From positions 50,236,450 to 50,300,449 of the forward strand of contig NC_057718.1 in NCBI RefSeq assembly GCF_004010195.1: DNA of 64,000 nt. The letters run 5' to 3'. Of the stretch, positions 13,990-27,869 are shown in pieces (within the stretch, counting starts at the first letter, position 1; the number at the start of each line of letters is the position of its first letter). The notes beneath the pieces were generated by a model. That model was not told where the DNA came from. It ran no database searches and worked only from the letters and a program-made list of their open reading frames with translations. Made by a program: the position numbers and the translations under genes. Source of the stretch: Chiloscyllium plagiosum. Taxonomy: Eukaryota.

Positions 13990-14522
13990 CCCAGGGGGTC
14001 AAAGAAATGGCATAAGAACTGAACACCTACATGAAGTATGGAACAAAGAACCTCCCAGAAATGTGAGTAAATCAAGGGTGCTGTGCGAAGGCAGAAGTGA
14101 AATAAATCAGTAATTTAAGAAAATGGTACAGGGGAAACTAAGGAGTTAAAGGCAGACAAATCACCAGGCCTCATAATCTACAACTCAGAGTATAAAGGGA
14201 AGTGGCCCTGGAAATATTGGATGCATTGGTGGTCATCTTCCAAAATTTTATCAACTCTGGAACAATTCCTATAGATAAGAGGATGATGGATGTAAACCCA
14301 GTAATTAAAAAGGGAGAGAGAGAAGACAAAATTACTGTCCAATTAGTCGAACATGATCCGTGGGGGAAATGCTACAGCTTAATATAAAAGATATGATAAA
14401 GCATTTGAAAACCAGAGATAAACAAACATTTCATGAACCTTTTGTTCACCTGCGTCAGTACAGGCTTGGAGGGCTGAAGGGCCTGTTCCTGTGCTGTGTT
14501 GTTCTTTGTTCTTTGTTCTAAC
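13990..14522 (+). mobile_element. CR1 fragments (RT N-terminal part plus 3' tail)
   Basis: aaatcaccaggcc (KSPG), VALEILDALVVIFQN; gggcctgttcctgtgctgt...tgttct tail. Confidence 0.7.
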
Positions 14523-14529
14523 CTTGGAA

Positions 14530-15700
14530 GACCACACACAGTCACCAGTACATACACACCAACTTAACACAATAACTGAGCCCAAAGAAACATCCTACTC
14601 CAACATTGATCAGTCCTTGGCCTCTGTCTCAAAGAGGGATGCGTTCCTTCTCTTTGGTGATTTCAATTCCCGAGCCGTGAGGGGCCCAATCCTGTGGAAA
14701 GGTGTGATTGGCAAGGAAAATATAGGGAATGCAAACACCAATGAAGCCCTTCCACTGAAAAACTGCCGATAGTGTGGTCTGCTCATAGCGAACCCCTTAT
14801 TTCATCAAAGAGACAAATACAATACCTCACAACACCCTTGCTCCAGATATTTGCTTCAATAAGCTACAGTATATAGATGATCCCTGCATGTGTGCACACT
14901 GCCAGGTCAAACTCCGGCCTATCACTGGTGCATTCATGGAGGCATTTGAAAGGATAAGCCTTAAACTAAACATCTAGGAGGCAAGGTACCTCTACCAGCC
15001 TGCTCTCAGGGAGGGAAGACACTGATGAGGGGACACAACATTGCCTCTGGGATGCCATCTGAAGCCTTTGACCATTTGAAAAACAGTGATCAATAACAAA
15101 GGCCTCAAATCTGGCACCAAGCTCTATCTACAGGACTTGAGAACAGGACCTGTCCTTTTGCATGCAGCGAGGACATGGAAAGTAATACCTCAAATTCTTG
15201 GAAAATATATTCGCACTGGGCAGCCCTGTTAAATCCTGCACATCCAACTGCAGAATAGGTGTTCCAATATCATTACCTTCTCTCAGGCCAACGTCCTCCA
15301 CTTCAAGGCACTGGTTATTGTTAGTCAGCCTGTGTTGAGTGAGTCACGTTGTCTGTATGCCTCATGCAAAGTTTCCAAAACATATTCAACTACTGCAAGC
15401 TTCGTCATTGCAAGCCATTACCAGGAGGGTCGTGGATATACTTCAAGCTATCCTCCAAACCTCCCTGAAATATTGCAACACTTCCACTAAATTTTGGGAA
15501 TCTGTTGCTGAAGATTGCCCTACATGAGTGATGAAGCCTTCATGAAAGTGCAAACCATTTCAAAGTGTCTCTGACAGGTCCAGGTAAAGATCAAGTGCAA
15601 ATAGCAAAAGGAACATGTAAAGACCCAAGCATTGTACTTACCTGCCTCAAGCCTCACTTGCCCTGCCTAAAGCAGAGTGCAGATCCAGCAATGAACTACT
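14530..15700 (+). mobile_element. RTE-clade LINE remnant (APE region and C-terminal remnants)
   Basis: LFGDFNSRAVRGPILWKGVIGKENIGNANTN resembles the RTE APE motif LLGDFNARVG...WxGVIG. Confidence 0.7.
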
Positions 15701-16569
15701 TAGTCACCTCAGGACCTACAACTCCAGAGTGGATGAAAGTCATCCCTCTGTCCTACTGTCCTGCTGAAGCTGAAGAAAATACAGGGTCAGCACAGCCTCC
15801 TTGTTTTCATGCTCCGATCCTCTGGTTGTAAAGCCTAAGATCCCAAATGCTTTGCTGATTATTTTCTCTGCCACATTTTAAAGATCTATGCACATGAACC
15901 ACCAGGTTCCTTGACTCTTGACAATTTTTTTGGCAATATGGCCATTTAGTTGTTTTCTGCTCTTTTCTGTCTGCTACCGTGTGCCATTTCACTCACCTTC
16001 CTGTTATTTTCTCTGCTACTTGCTTGCCTATCTGTATTTCCTGTTAGAGCTGATTAGGTATCCTTTGCACTTTTTGTGACATCTTCAAGTTTGGTATCAT
16101 TGGCAAATTTGGACATTTAGACTTTGATTTCTGTTATTTAAAAATACATTTTTTAAGTAGCAGTCCTAACACAAACCTTGAAGAATATCACAAATCTCCT
16201 CCAGTCTGAAAAACAACCATTTCCATGCTCCGTGATTGTGCTGATGTGATAAGATGAACAGCTATGAGAGAAAACTCATGTGACACATACTGCACTGAAT
16301 GGCCGCCTTCTGTGCAGTACGTTTTATGTAATTTGACGTAATCTAAGCGCCCAGATGCTAATTACAGAACTTGTTCTTTCAGAACATCTGATATTAACAG
16401 AGATTGGGAAAATCCAGACAGACAGTACAAAATTCATGGTCCATAGTTACCTTTTGATAATCAGCTGGAACATTGTGGCAGCAGCACCCAAAATAATTAA
16501 TAAAGAAAAAAAATTATTTGAAAATATTCTGACGTCAATGACTTGACTAGTTGCTCTGACATAAAAAGC

Positions 16570-16798
16570 TTTTAAAGAGGGATGAGGGGGCACATTTTTA
16601 AACTGAGAAGAGAGAGATTTTAAAAAGACACAACAGCAATTTTTTTACATAGGGAGTGGTTCACGTGTGAAATGAACATCCTGGAGAAGTGGTGGATGCG
16701 GTTACTGTTACAGCTGGGACTAGTTTTGTTTGGGATTATGTTCGTCATGGACTGGTTGGACCGAAGGGTTTCCATGCTGTACGACCCTACGATTCTAT
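16570..16798 (+). mobile_element. CR1 3' end
   Basis: ttttttacatagggagtggttcacgtgtgaaatgaac...gaccctacgattcta. Confidence 0.75.
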
Positions 16799-18161
16799 TA
16801 AAGCTACTTACGTGCATTATTACTGTTCTTAATAGAATCTGACTTTTTTTCAGATGTGCTGCTGGAAATGTATGGCTGTTTCTGACTTTGTTTGTAAATG
16901 TATATTTTAATGATATAATAATTTATTGCCAAATTGAGCATATAATGCACCAAAGTTTGGAATCTGAATACGGCAATCATGTTCAGAAAATTGAAGTTAG
17001 CCTTTGTAAAGCACAGTATTTGTGCTCATAAACTGTTAATAAAAATCCAAGGACTTTGCTTTCCTCATGCATATTTGACCTCGACTGAAGCTTGGGAAGC
17101 ACCAGGTGTTCTATCTTTTGAAAGCCTTTGTGTCATCCTGATTAAAGAGAAGCAGATTTTTCCTCTCTTTTTGCTGATTATAAAATAAACCTGTCCAATA
17201 GCTGCTAAAGTGTGTGATATAAAATTATTTAAGCTGACATTTCTACAATGCAGCAGAAAAAAAAGATTTTTGAAAAATCTTCTAAAATCTGTATTTTCTA
17301 TTGTAAGAACATAAATCGAGTTGCAGCAGAAATCGGTGTAACAGGGAAAGACGTAGAAATAAGTTGAGTATCTTGGTTTCTGTGTTGCCGGGATTGGAAG
17401 ATGATCTTTGGAAGGCAACAAAGTGAATCCTCAGATGTGGAATATTTATTCTGGAAAATTGCATGATTATCTGTAAGATCAGAGAGGATTTATGAAGATC
17501 CTGACCTTCACAGATTCAATTGATTTAGAAAAGAATCTTCAGTTGGACAGATTGTACGTAACTGGTCTCATAGAAATGCTGGTTTATAGATTGAAAAGCC
17601 AATTTTCCCTCTCCTTTCCTATGCTGCTTCTATTAACACCATGTAAATGTCAATTTTAATGACAGTAATTCGTCTTTTCAGCTCTTCTACTAAAAGTTAG
17701 AGGTTTCTTGTAACCTTCAGAACTTATCTAGTCATTTACCAAACTTCAAACTTTATTTTTTTTTTTGTTTTGTGAGAATTAAGCAAGAACTAGAAAGACG
17801 TCCATAAGTTGATGGTAAGTTGTTTACGGCTGAATGGTTACAGTACATGGTGGTGGGCAGGGTTGGCAATCACAAGCTCTGGTGCTTCTCCTGGCTGGGC
17901 GCTTGGCCCTTTCTCCAGCTCCTGAGTCAAGGATATAACGATAAGGCTTTTACTGTACCCTCCAGGAGCTCAAAGACTTTCACCGTGGTTTGTTCTCTTT
18001 CTAGATTAGAATCAGGAGCATAATCCAGTGGCAGCATCTCACTGGTGTGTCTCTGTAGCCGACAAAATGTGCAGACAGACACAGGGTCAAAAGGGAGCTC
18101 TGTCACAGGTTGTTAGAGGACTGAACAGAAGGACAGAGGAGTCCACAAACATTATCAGTAC

Positions 18162-18923
18162 TGTTGCAACATGGCAATGAACCCCATCTGTTAATTAAAC
18201 TAAACACCCAGAAAAGCTCAATTTGCCTTGTAAGCTGCTAAAATAATGACAGAATACCAAATTCCACTGTTGATCAAAAATAATATCAATTTATTCTTTA
18301 ACTCTAAAAGTGAACATTAAACAACAGCCACACATAACTCTAAACCTCCCCCCTTCTCTTAACTGCTTATTATCTGCCTCCAACTCTATAACAATATACT
18401 GTTACAATAAAACTCTTATTAAAATTACATCAGCTTAATTTCAAAACCATACAGCAACTGTTTCCATCGGTGTCTCTCCTATTTTGGCTGAAAATCTCTC
18501 TGAGTCATCTTCTTTCTTTTTGCTGTGAAGATGTTCCATATGAAAAGGTATCTTTCATACAGAGTGTTTCAATGGCAGTTATTCTGTCGATGGCAGTTAC
18601 TCTGTCTGAGTTACCAGCTGCCTGCTTTTTTATACCCCCAACATCAGATCGTCTCATTGGTTCGATGTTGGCAAAATAATAAATTCAAAATCGATTGGGT
18701 TTTAGTATCATGGGACATAATTTAAACTGATTGGTTAAATTTGAATTATTGTCAAAACAGCAACCAATTCAGTTATTTATTTCACAGCCAAATTTTACAT
18801 ATTTCAGTTTTCCAGTATACTCTGGGACAGCTAATTAGTCATATGACAGGTGCTTGTAAGCTCTCAGTGCAAAACAGCATTCACTCTCTTAAAGGTACAG
18901 TACACACGTTCAATGTCATAGCA
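18162..18923. mobile_element. Solo LTR (Gypsy-like)
   Basis: TG...CA termini; perfect 4-bp TSD gtac at 18158-18161 and 18924-18927; related to the 45965 LTR. Confidence 0.85.
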
Positions 18924-19349
18924 GTACCACGTTGGCGCTGGCAATCTTGCGTCTGATTGTTTCCATGGATAGGTTGGCAGCAGTCATGGAGACTCAGCAC
19001 TCCATTGCTCATCATCAATGGTACGGCAAGATGGGGCAGGATTCCTTGTCCTCACTCCACATGTCCCTTCCTCTCAGTAAAGCAGCTTGGTGCCAGTAGA
19101 CAAATTATGCAGAGGAGCAACCATTACCAGATAGCCTGAAGCTTCGCTTCCGAACATTTGCTCAGCACTTCCACCTCAACCCTGCCTGTGATTTGTAAAG
19201 TCAACAGACGTTTAAGCTGAGGAAGGTGATGTTGGCTCTGGTTAGGAGAGACTGGGCACAGATGTTTATCCAAGTCAACAGGGTAGACTCCCACTACTTC
19301 AGCCTAGAAGTTGTATTCCATTTAGACATAGTGGGAAGGAAAGGAAGAA

Positions 19350-19900
19350 CATAGACTCAGAAGAGTCATCTAGTACAGAAATAGACCTTTCAGTCGAACA
19401 AGCCCATGCCAACCATAATCCAAAACTAAACTAGTCCCACCTGCCTGTACTTGACACATAGCCCTCCAAACATTTCTTATTCATGCAGTTATCTAAAACA
19501 CCTTTTAGACATTGTAACTGTACTTGCATCCACCACTTCCTTTGGAAGTTCATGCCACACATGAACTACTTTCTGTGTTTTCAAAAAAAAAGTTTTCCTC
19601 ATGTCTTTTTTAAATCCTTCTCCTCTCACCTTAAAAATATGTCCACCAGCCTTGAAATCCCTATTGTAAGGAAAAGACACCTGCTATTCACCTTATTTCT
19701 ACCCCTCATGATTTTATAAACCTCTATAAGGTCACCCCTCAACTTCCTAGACTCCAGTGAAATAAGTCCTAGCCTATCCAGCTTCGCCTTAGAACTCAAA
19801 CCCTCTATCCCCAGCAACATCCTGGTAAATCTCTTTTGAACCTTCTCCAGCTTAATAATATCCTTCCCATAACAGGGCAGCCAAAACTGCAAGCAGTACT
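19350..19900 (-). mobile_element. CR1 3' fragment
   Basis: [29 protein letters not shown]...[14 protein letters not shown]. Confidence 0.9.
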
Positions 19901-21013
19901 CATTATGCTGAGGGTAGACAAGTGGCATGGGTGAGACAGCACTGGAAATAACCATTTTACTTTGGCAAATGTATGCTTACTCCAGCAGACATTTGAACAG
20001 TGCAGGTATGTTATTCACTGCCAGACCCAGTTAAGACACATCCATTTGAGAGATGAGCACACTTTGACGTTCTAACGATGTATGAAGTTGTAAGGCCAAG
20101 CTCTGCTCATATCTCGAGAGCTCCTCACTCCTTAGCCTGAGCTTCCAGACATCAAGGATTCTTGAACCATGATGTTCAGATCTCCAGACAATTTCTTTGT
20201 GAGCTCTGTGTACAGAATCAATTCACAATGTCACAAAGATGAAGCAAATTCGTTGACAATAGCTCCTCGGCTCTCCGATCTATGATAATAAAACCCTACA
20301 TATGCTCCATACAATGTAGAATGGACACTTCCCACATTGGCTGTTGCCACTATAAGCTGTTCTAAGGTCAATTATGAGTTTCACAAGCATAGTTTAAATG
20401 CTGTCAGTAAGACATCATTACCACCCTGCTCCAAACCCAACTCATACAGAAGAGACTTGCTACCACACGACAGTCTATGTCTTCACAATATTAGATTTCA
20501 ACCTTAGAATCTAGGAGCTGCAAAGTTGTATTCTAGTCCTGGATATGGAATTATGTTTGTGAAATTGATACTTTGTTTTTAAGTGCCTTTTCTTCAGGAC
20601 ATGGGTTCCTGGGCTATATGAAAAAAGGAAATGTGGTATAACTGCAAGGAAGTTATGATTAAAGCTGCATACAACTTTGGCTCTGCCACAAGTGTAGGAA
20701 TCACACTTTAGGAAAAATGTGAAGGGATTAAAGAAGGTGAAGAACAGATTTCAAGATGTGGAGCTTCAGTTACAAGGATAATTTTGAGCTTTTGTTCTGA
20801 GAGAAAACTGATAGGAGATTTGATAAAGGTATTCAAAACCATAAGGGATCTGGACAGATTAGATAGGGAAACTGTTGTCATTGGTGGAAGGAGTAGGGAG
20901 TAGATGATGACTGGAAGAAGCAATGTTGGTATGAGGAATGCACACTATTTAGGATCTAGAATGCACTATGTAAGAGTATAGCTGGAGGTGCATTCAATTG
21001 TGGCTTTCAAACA

Positions 21014-21752
21014 TGTTATGAAAGCTCTTTCATTATTAATACTTGAGGACTCAAATTTACTTGAAAGACTGAGATGTGGATGAGGGTTTTGTAAAAGGTC
21101 ATTGAAAGAGCACTTTGGTCATTTTTAAAAATACTTACAAAAAATTACTTTGCTAAAGACACCTCCTGATGGCCACATGTCTTAAGATAACTGCTTAGCT
21201 TTGTTTATTGGAAGTCACATCTGAGTTGAGAGCTCTCAGGAGCTACAGCCATTTGATTATTTTTTCGTGTTCAGTCAGTGTGTAGCCTGCTAAAAATAGT
21301 CATCCATCATATTCTCTTCTATCGGTTTAGAAAATGCTTGCAGTAAAATTTGAAATCTGATGCAACTATCTTCCAAACAAACTGCTTCTGGAAATGGTCC
21401 GAGTGACAACAGCAAGTGACATCTATCTATATATGCCAGCAAGCATATATAGCCATCTGGAAATTTTAATATTGAATCTTTTTCCCACAAATTAACAATT
21501 ACTTATCCCAAAATTTTATTTGTAGTTTATCTTCTGGCTAAGAAAGGTGTTTTTTTTAAAAATAATTAATTATTTAAGAATAATAGAACTATTATTTAAG
21601 AAACCCGGTTGGTGGATTTATTATCTGAAATGGATAGATTTGTAAATATAATTGACTGTATTAAGTGGGTAAAACTTTTTTTTAAACTTAGGTTGTGACT
21701 ATTGGAATGGACTTCAAAGATTCAATGCTCTCCTTCCTCTTTGGTCATAACA
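21014..21752. mobile_element. Solo LTR at the end of an old CR1 fragment (20590-21010)
   Basis: Perfect 8-bp terminal inverted repeat TGTTATGA...TCATAACA; TSD aaca at 21010-21013 and 21753-21756. Confidence 0.85.
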
Positions 21753-23215
21753 AACAAGAATTAGGTAATTACATGAACATGAACATTACGTCAGATCACA
21801 ATATTGCATGTGGCATCTTCCTCCACTGGCTTTCACTCGCCCCATTGCCCTAAAAAAAAAGCCCCTCTGTGCTACATGCTCACTCATTTGGGACACTTTA
21901 CCACTTTTCCTGACTGAAAGCAAACGAACCCTTGATTAACCGTAGACCACCTTGCCTATTCATTGCTGGAAAACATGTGGCAAGGCCCACCTTGAGATTA
22001 TCTTGCTCCAACCTTTATGAATCTCACAAGTGGAATAACAGAATTCTCACGAGGCAGCATTCAAAAGCCAATTGACAACGATTAAAGTTTGCTGAAGGTT
22101 TGTTACAACTCACCTCATTGACATTTGGATTCCAATCGTATCAGATTCATCGAACAAGCAAGATGTCAGGAAAACCTGACAAGAAAACCAAATGTGTACC
22201 TTACAGATTCGACTTGTCACCTCCATGTTGGACACTGGGAATCATTGGACTTGGTGGGTTCTTGGGGAAGTGTGAAGCCTGTAGACTTGGTCGGATGGTC
22301 CATTAGGAAGGAAACCTAGGGTTCAGCAACATGGTCAGGCTAAGGATGGGAGCAACCTTCCATCATGTTAGAAATGGAAAGCTTACAATGGACAAAAAAA
22401 TGATATGGTAACACTTGGAGTTAGCAGAGTAAATGACTTAACCTCTGAGGGAGGGGCCTGCAGCACTCTCCATTCAGAGTTGTGGAAGAGGAATAGTACA
22501 GGTCACAGGCCTACAGAGTGTACAGCATACAGGCATGTAAGTTGTCTATACCTGGAGATAATACAGCATTGCTCCTATCAGTGGATGGCACCTCCCTGGC
22601 ACAGTGTGTCAAATATTAGGGATCGTCATTGAGTAGGGCCAAGGTTTTCAGCAGAACATAATACCATATGGATGTATGGTTGCCCTGCTTGTGGCTGTTG
22701 AAGTAGACTGTCAGTACAGATTCAACTCATTTAGCCTCATGTGGCATGAACTGCTGTTGGATAGTGTGAAAATACATTGAGCATAGAGATTCAAAGCAGA
22801 TGCATGTGGTTTCCGCAGATATTTACTGAGTATTGAATTGTTCCTGAAGGAAGTGGGGTAGATGGGGCAGAATCGAAAGTGAATAATGTATTGTGGTGGG
22901 AAGGTAATCAATGTGGCATGTTTGGTGAGATATATTACAAGAACTCATTAGGTCTCATAGTGTAAACCCAAGTAACAAATTCAACACAATACTGACGTTG
23001 TCATTAAAAAAACTAAGATTACTTCTGATGACTAAGATATTTTGTGACTCAGTTACAGTTAAATAGCACTCTCGCTGATCAACTACAGATTTGAAATTCC
23101 AGGACCAGCCTTCTAGGAATATCTGATTCTAGGACTGGAAAATGGGATGGAATCTGTTTCTGACCCTAAGTTTTCTGGGTTGAAATTTTCTGGTTGGAGG
23201 AGCCATGATCATATC

Positions 23216-23536
23216 GATTAGATTAGATTACTTACAGTGTGGAAACAGACCCATCGGCCCAACAAGTCCATACCGACCCATCGAAGCGCAACTCACCCAG
23301 ACCCATTCCCCTACATTTACCCCTTCATCTAACGCTACAGGTAATTTAGCATGGCCAATTCACCTAACCTGCACATTTTTGGATTGTGGGAGGAAACTGG
23401 AGCACCCGGAAGAAACCCACGCAGACACGGGGAGAATGTGCAAACTCTACACAGACAGTCGCTTGAGGCGCCAAATGAACCCGGGTCTCTGGCGCCGTGA
23501 GGCAGCAGTGCTAATCACTGTGCCACCGTGCCGCCC
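23216..23536 (-). mobile_element. Full-length HE1-type tRNA SINE
   Basis: 5' gggcggcacggtggcacagtg (A box), ggttcatttgg B-box region, core tttgcacattctccccgtgtctgcgtgggtttc, (TAATC)n tail. Confidence 0.93.
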
Positions 23537-24206
23537 ACATATCTTACACATAATTGATCACATTCTTCAAAATATCATTTTCAAATATTGTTCCACTTGT
23601 CAATTATTTGGCTCAATTCAATTCCTGAACTAATCTCAGAATTTGAACCTTTGGATTATTTGAAGACCTCAGAAAAACTCTGAAGCTTTCAAGGACCTTG
23701 TGAAAGTGCTTCTGTGATAATCCATCCCAAAAGCAATCATTTACTTATCAGTAATTGTCAATATCGCAATCTAGCAGGGTTGTATTCATTTCTTTAACAG
23801 GTTTTACATAATTTTCTTTTCATTTCAATTATAGTAGAATGAGCCTTAAAGTAAATTTACTCATCATTTTTAGCTAAGATTCCATGACTTCAATAAAGAT
23901 AAGAATAGCTTCAGAACTGTGTGTAATTACACATTTGCCAGCATTGTTTTGGCAATGAACATGTTGAGTATTCTAACCATTATAATACAAGTTGCTTTCA
24001 TGCAGTCATAGTGGTTTAGAAATGGAAATTTACACCATTAAATCTTTGTTTTCATTTTTATGGAGAACATATGTTACATTGAAATTTTATAGAAACAAAG
24101 GATATTATGTTACAGAATGTAACATCACTCCCTGACTCATCTCACCAATATTAAATCACCATGATACCCATTTGGTCACACTTGATCAATTATGCGTAAT
24201 TTATGT

Positions 24207-24400
24207 GGGCAGCACGGTGGCACAGTGGTTAGCACTGCTGCCTCACGGTGCCAGAGACCCAGGTTAAATTCCCGCTTCAGGTGACTGTCTGTGTGGAGTT
24301 TGCACATTCCTGATGAAGGGCTTTTGCCCGAAACATCGATTTTACTGCTCCTCGGATGCTGCCTGAACTACTGTGCTTTTCCAGCACCACTCTAATCTAA
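24207..24400 (+). mobile_element. Chimeric element: HE1 tRNA head fused to a hammerhead-bearing PLE tail
   Basis: HE1 to tttgcacattc, then ctgatgaagggcttttgcccgaaacatcgat...ccagcaccactctaatctaa; acacttgatca repeated at 24178-24188 and 24401-24411. Confidence 0.85.
24310..24340 (+). ncRNA. Hammerhead ribozyme core
   Basis: CTGATGA-a-gggc-tttt-gccc-GAAAC-atcgat; perfect stem II. Confidence 0.75.
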
Positions 24401-24619
24401 ACACTTGATCACACTCCCCTGCTCTTTCCCAACTCTTTTAAAAGATCTTCTTCAAATATTATATTATTTTAGAAAACTATTGTGGACACTGTTTCTTGTA
24501 TTATTTGCCATGCAATCTTCTGTATCAGAAAAGCTCTCCAAAATTTTACCTTTCTGACAATGGTTTTAAACTTAGCAAAATCAGATTGAAGGTTTGGGGG
24601 AAGCAAAGTACAATTAGAT

Positions 24620-25510
24620 TTCATAGAATCATTGAAAAATTACAGAGAGAGACAATTTGGACCATCATAGCAATGCTGTCTCTCTGCAAGAACAAGTTAG
24701 CTCGTCCCACTCTCCCAGCCCTTCCTCTTTGCCTTATTTCTTCTCTCTATTTAAATAACTACCAATTCGCTTTTGAATCGAGATCCACCGCACACTCAGG
24801 TAATGCATTTCAGATCCGAATCATTCGCTTCATAAGAGTTTGCCTGAGTGTTGCCTTAGGTTCTTTTCCCATTGACTTTTAATATCCTGTTGTTCGTGAC
24901 CACTCCAACTTTGAGACAGTTTCTTCTTATCTATTATGAGTAAGCTCTTCATGATTCTGAACACTTTTATTTAATCTCCTTTTAGTTTTTTCTGAGGAGA
25001 ACATCTCCAATTTCCCCAAACTATCTACAGAACTGAACTCCAATCTATTCACAGAACTGAACTCTATCAACTGAGGAGCCATTCTTATGAATCTTTTCTT
25101 CACTCTTTATGATGCTTTCATAACCTTCCAAATCTATCCAGAGCTCAAACGCAATACTTTAGTTGAGGCTGAACCAATGCTTTATTACAGTTACCATGAC
25201 ATTCTTGCTTTTAAACTCTATTTATAGCATCTAAGATCCTGTTTGCATTCTCCACCAGATTCTCAACCTGCCTTGCCAGAATTGTATCCTTTTATTTTGC
25301 TATACCTTTCTTTATTCTTACTGCCAAAACACATTATTTCATACTTTGCTGATTAAATTTAATCTGCTATCCATCTGCCTCATTCAATCAACCTTTCTAT
25401 GTCCTCTTTAATTCTATCACTACCTCCTCAGAGGTTGCAACAATTGTTTGGTCATTTCTAAGTGTTGAAATTTTGCCCTGTGCACCCACGACTAGGTCAT
25501 TAGTTTGGAT
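24620..25510 (-). mobile_element. Old CR1 3' region
   Basis: Degenerate CR1 3' motifs (catagaatc, ttaatctcct, ctgaaccaatgc). Confidence 0.55.
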
Positions 25511-26454
25511 CGGGGCTGGATAATGCATGTTCCTGCTGGGTGGGTTTTGGGTGGGGGTGAGAATGTAATATATGGAGAGTGGAGTGCTTATCATCTTCCC
25601 ACCCATCCATGAGCTCATTCCCACAACACAGAGACAGGCAGCTTATCTACCATATGTAAAGTGTCAACTGAATTAATTGAAAGCTTAATTGAATTCGATA
25701 ATATGGTTGGTGTGGATACTTGCATGGTAGCAGGATTCACACTTTCCGAAGTAAATAAAATAGCAAATAGAAAAGTGGGGTTTATCAATGGACATTGCCC
25801 CTTTCCCACTGAGACCACCAATCAAAAAGATAGCTCACCTTCCTTACTTCTGACTCACATATTCTTTAGATACCCCATTACCTTTCATGAGTTGCCAAAA
25901 TAAAAGATGGTGATAGTTGCTGGATTATCCTGATTATTCATTGTCAAGGTTTTCCCACTATATTTGCCCTCTATTGCAGTTTATTTTAAATTTTGCAGGC
26001 AGAGTAACAAACAAATTCCCAAAACATTGCATACACTGATTGATTACATACATGCTTGTTACGTTCCTGAGTCCAGAGAATGCTCCACTTGGAATGATGC
26101 TCAGACTGGTGTATTTAAATATCCTGGATTTGGAAGAAAAAAGAAACTATTAGTAACACAATAAAGATATTGGATGTTTTAATTCATTCAAAATCCGTAG
26201 TTATAATGACAATGAATGAGTGCCCGTGTATGGACAGGAGAGAGATTTCCACCATGGAATCCTGGGTCAACTTATTTCCACAGTCACTGGAGATGCCTTT
26301 GGCAGAAATCTGAGATTCAGCTAAGCCCAAAAGACTTGGAGAAATGTAATTACTGCCACAGCCAGAGCTCCAGAGTCATTTAGAAGTAAAATTGATGCTC
26401 ATAGTTGAAGAGGTCATGAAATCTCAAAATGTTTGAGAGACTCTCATTCAGAAA

Positions 26455-26780
26455 TCACTTTTTAAAAATTCATTCACACCATGAGAGTGTTGCTGGCCAC
26501 ACCAGCATTTATTGCCCAGACAAATTGTTGTGGGTCTGGAGTCACATGTGGTCCAGACCAGGTAAGGATGGCAATTTTCCTTCCCTGAAGGACATTAATG
26601 AAGCTGACGGGATATTCTGAAATCAACAATGGATTCGTAATTAGATTCGTAATTCAAGATTTTTATTGAATTCAAATGTCACCATCCATCTGGCAAGATG
26701 TAAACCCAGATTATCAGGACATTACCAGGTCTCTGGATTAATAGTCCAATGATAATACCACTAGGCCATTAACTCTCCTA
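26455..26780 (-). mobile_element. tRNA-derived SINE, second family (LINE-shared tail)
   Basis: Head tggcctagtggtattatc...taatccagagacc on -; tail cagcatttattgccca shared with the LINE at 3215; paralog at 49893. Confidence 0.75.
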
Positions 26781-27027
26781 AGACTTGCATCATCGAAGTC
26801 AATTTGCTGTGTGTATCAACAATAGGCAAATCACAAATGCCCGGTTCTCTCGGCTGCACCATTTTATTATAATGTTTGACCCGGCCAAGCAAACAAGTTG
26901 GAAATAAAGTTTTATAGAGTTACTGGACTTTCCAAGCTTCTTGAGGCACTTTAGTGATTATGCACATCCTAATCTCCAGTCTCCAAATTCATATCAATGA
27001 AACAAATTTCACTCCATGGATTCAAAT

Positions 27028-27343
27028 ACATAGAGTCATAGAGTCATAGAGATGTACAGCATGGAAACAGACCCTTCGGTCCAACCCGTCCATGTCGACC
27101 AGACATGCCAACCCAATCTAGTCCCACCTGCCAGCACCTGGCCCATATCCCTCCAAACCCTTCCTATTCATATACTCATCCAAATGCCTCTTAAATGTTG
27201 CAATTAAACCTCTATAAGGTCACCCCTCAGCCTCCAACGCTCCAAGGAAAACAGCCCCAGCCTGTTCAGCCTCTCCCTGTAGCTCAGATCCTCCAACCCT
27301 GGCAACATCCTTGTAAATCTTTTCTGAACCCTTTCAAGTTTCA
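27028..27343 (-). mobile_element. CR1 3' end with internal deletion
   Basis: (catagagt)n tail; closely similar to the 38188 and 61784 copies. Confidence 0.9.
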
Positions 27344-27869
27344 ATACAAGTGAAAATTACTTTCCAGGATGTTCTTATCATCTGATAGCCTCACACTGTC
27401 ACTGAGCATTATGACAATGATGTATTTGCAGAAGCAGAACTAAACTAGAATGAGTTATAAGTTTTTTAAAAGGATTGTTCAGATGTTTGGTCTTTTTACA
27501 TGGTGCTCTATCGTACTCTGCTTGCACAATTTAATTAATTCTGATCATTTTTTACATACTATCAATTTTAAAATTCAGAATGCACCTCAAATATTCTTCT
27601 CACCTTATTATCATTCAAAAATATTTTAGAAAAATAAATGAGCTATTTGGTCTCGACCCTGCTCCATCATTCAATAAGTTCATGGCTGATCTAATTGCCT
27701 TAACTCCATTGTCTTGCCTATTTTGTCCACTGTACTTCTGTATTTTGTCACACTTTTCGAAGTAAATAAAATAGCAAGTAGAAAAGTGGGGTTTATCAAA
27801 GGTCATAGCACCTTGGTCATACAAGGTTCACATACTTGCCATGCCTATTCTTCATTCTCACAGGAACGT

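Noticed and set aside
23205..23633. Recurrent CGRKxEHPEETHADTGRMCKL peptides
   Set aside because: Antisense translation of HE1 SINEs, not a protein family.
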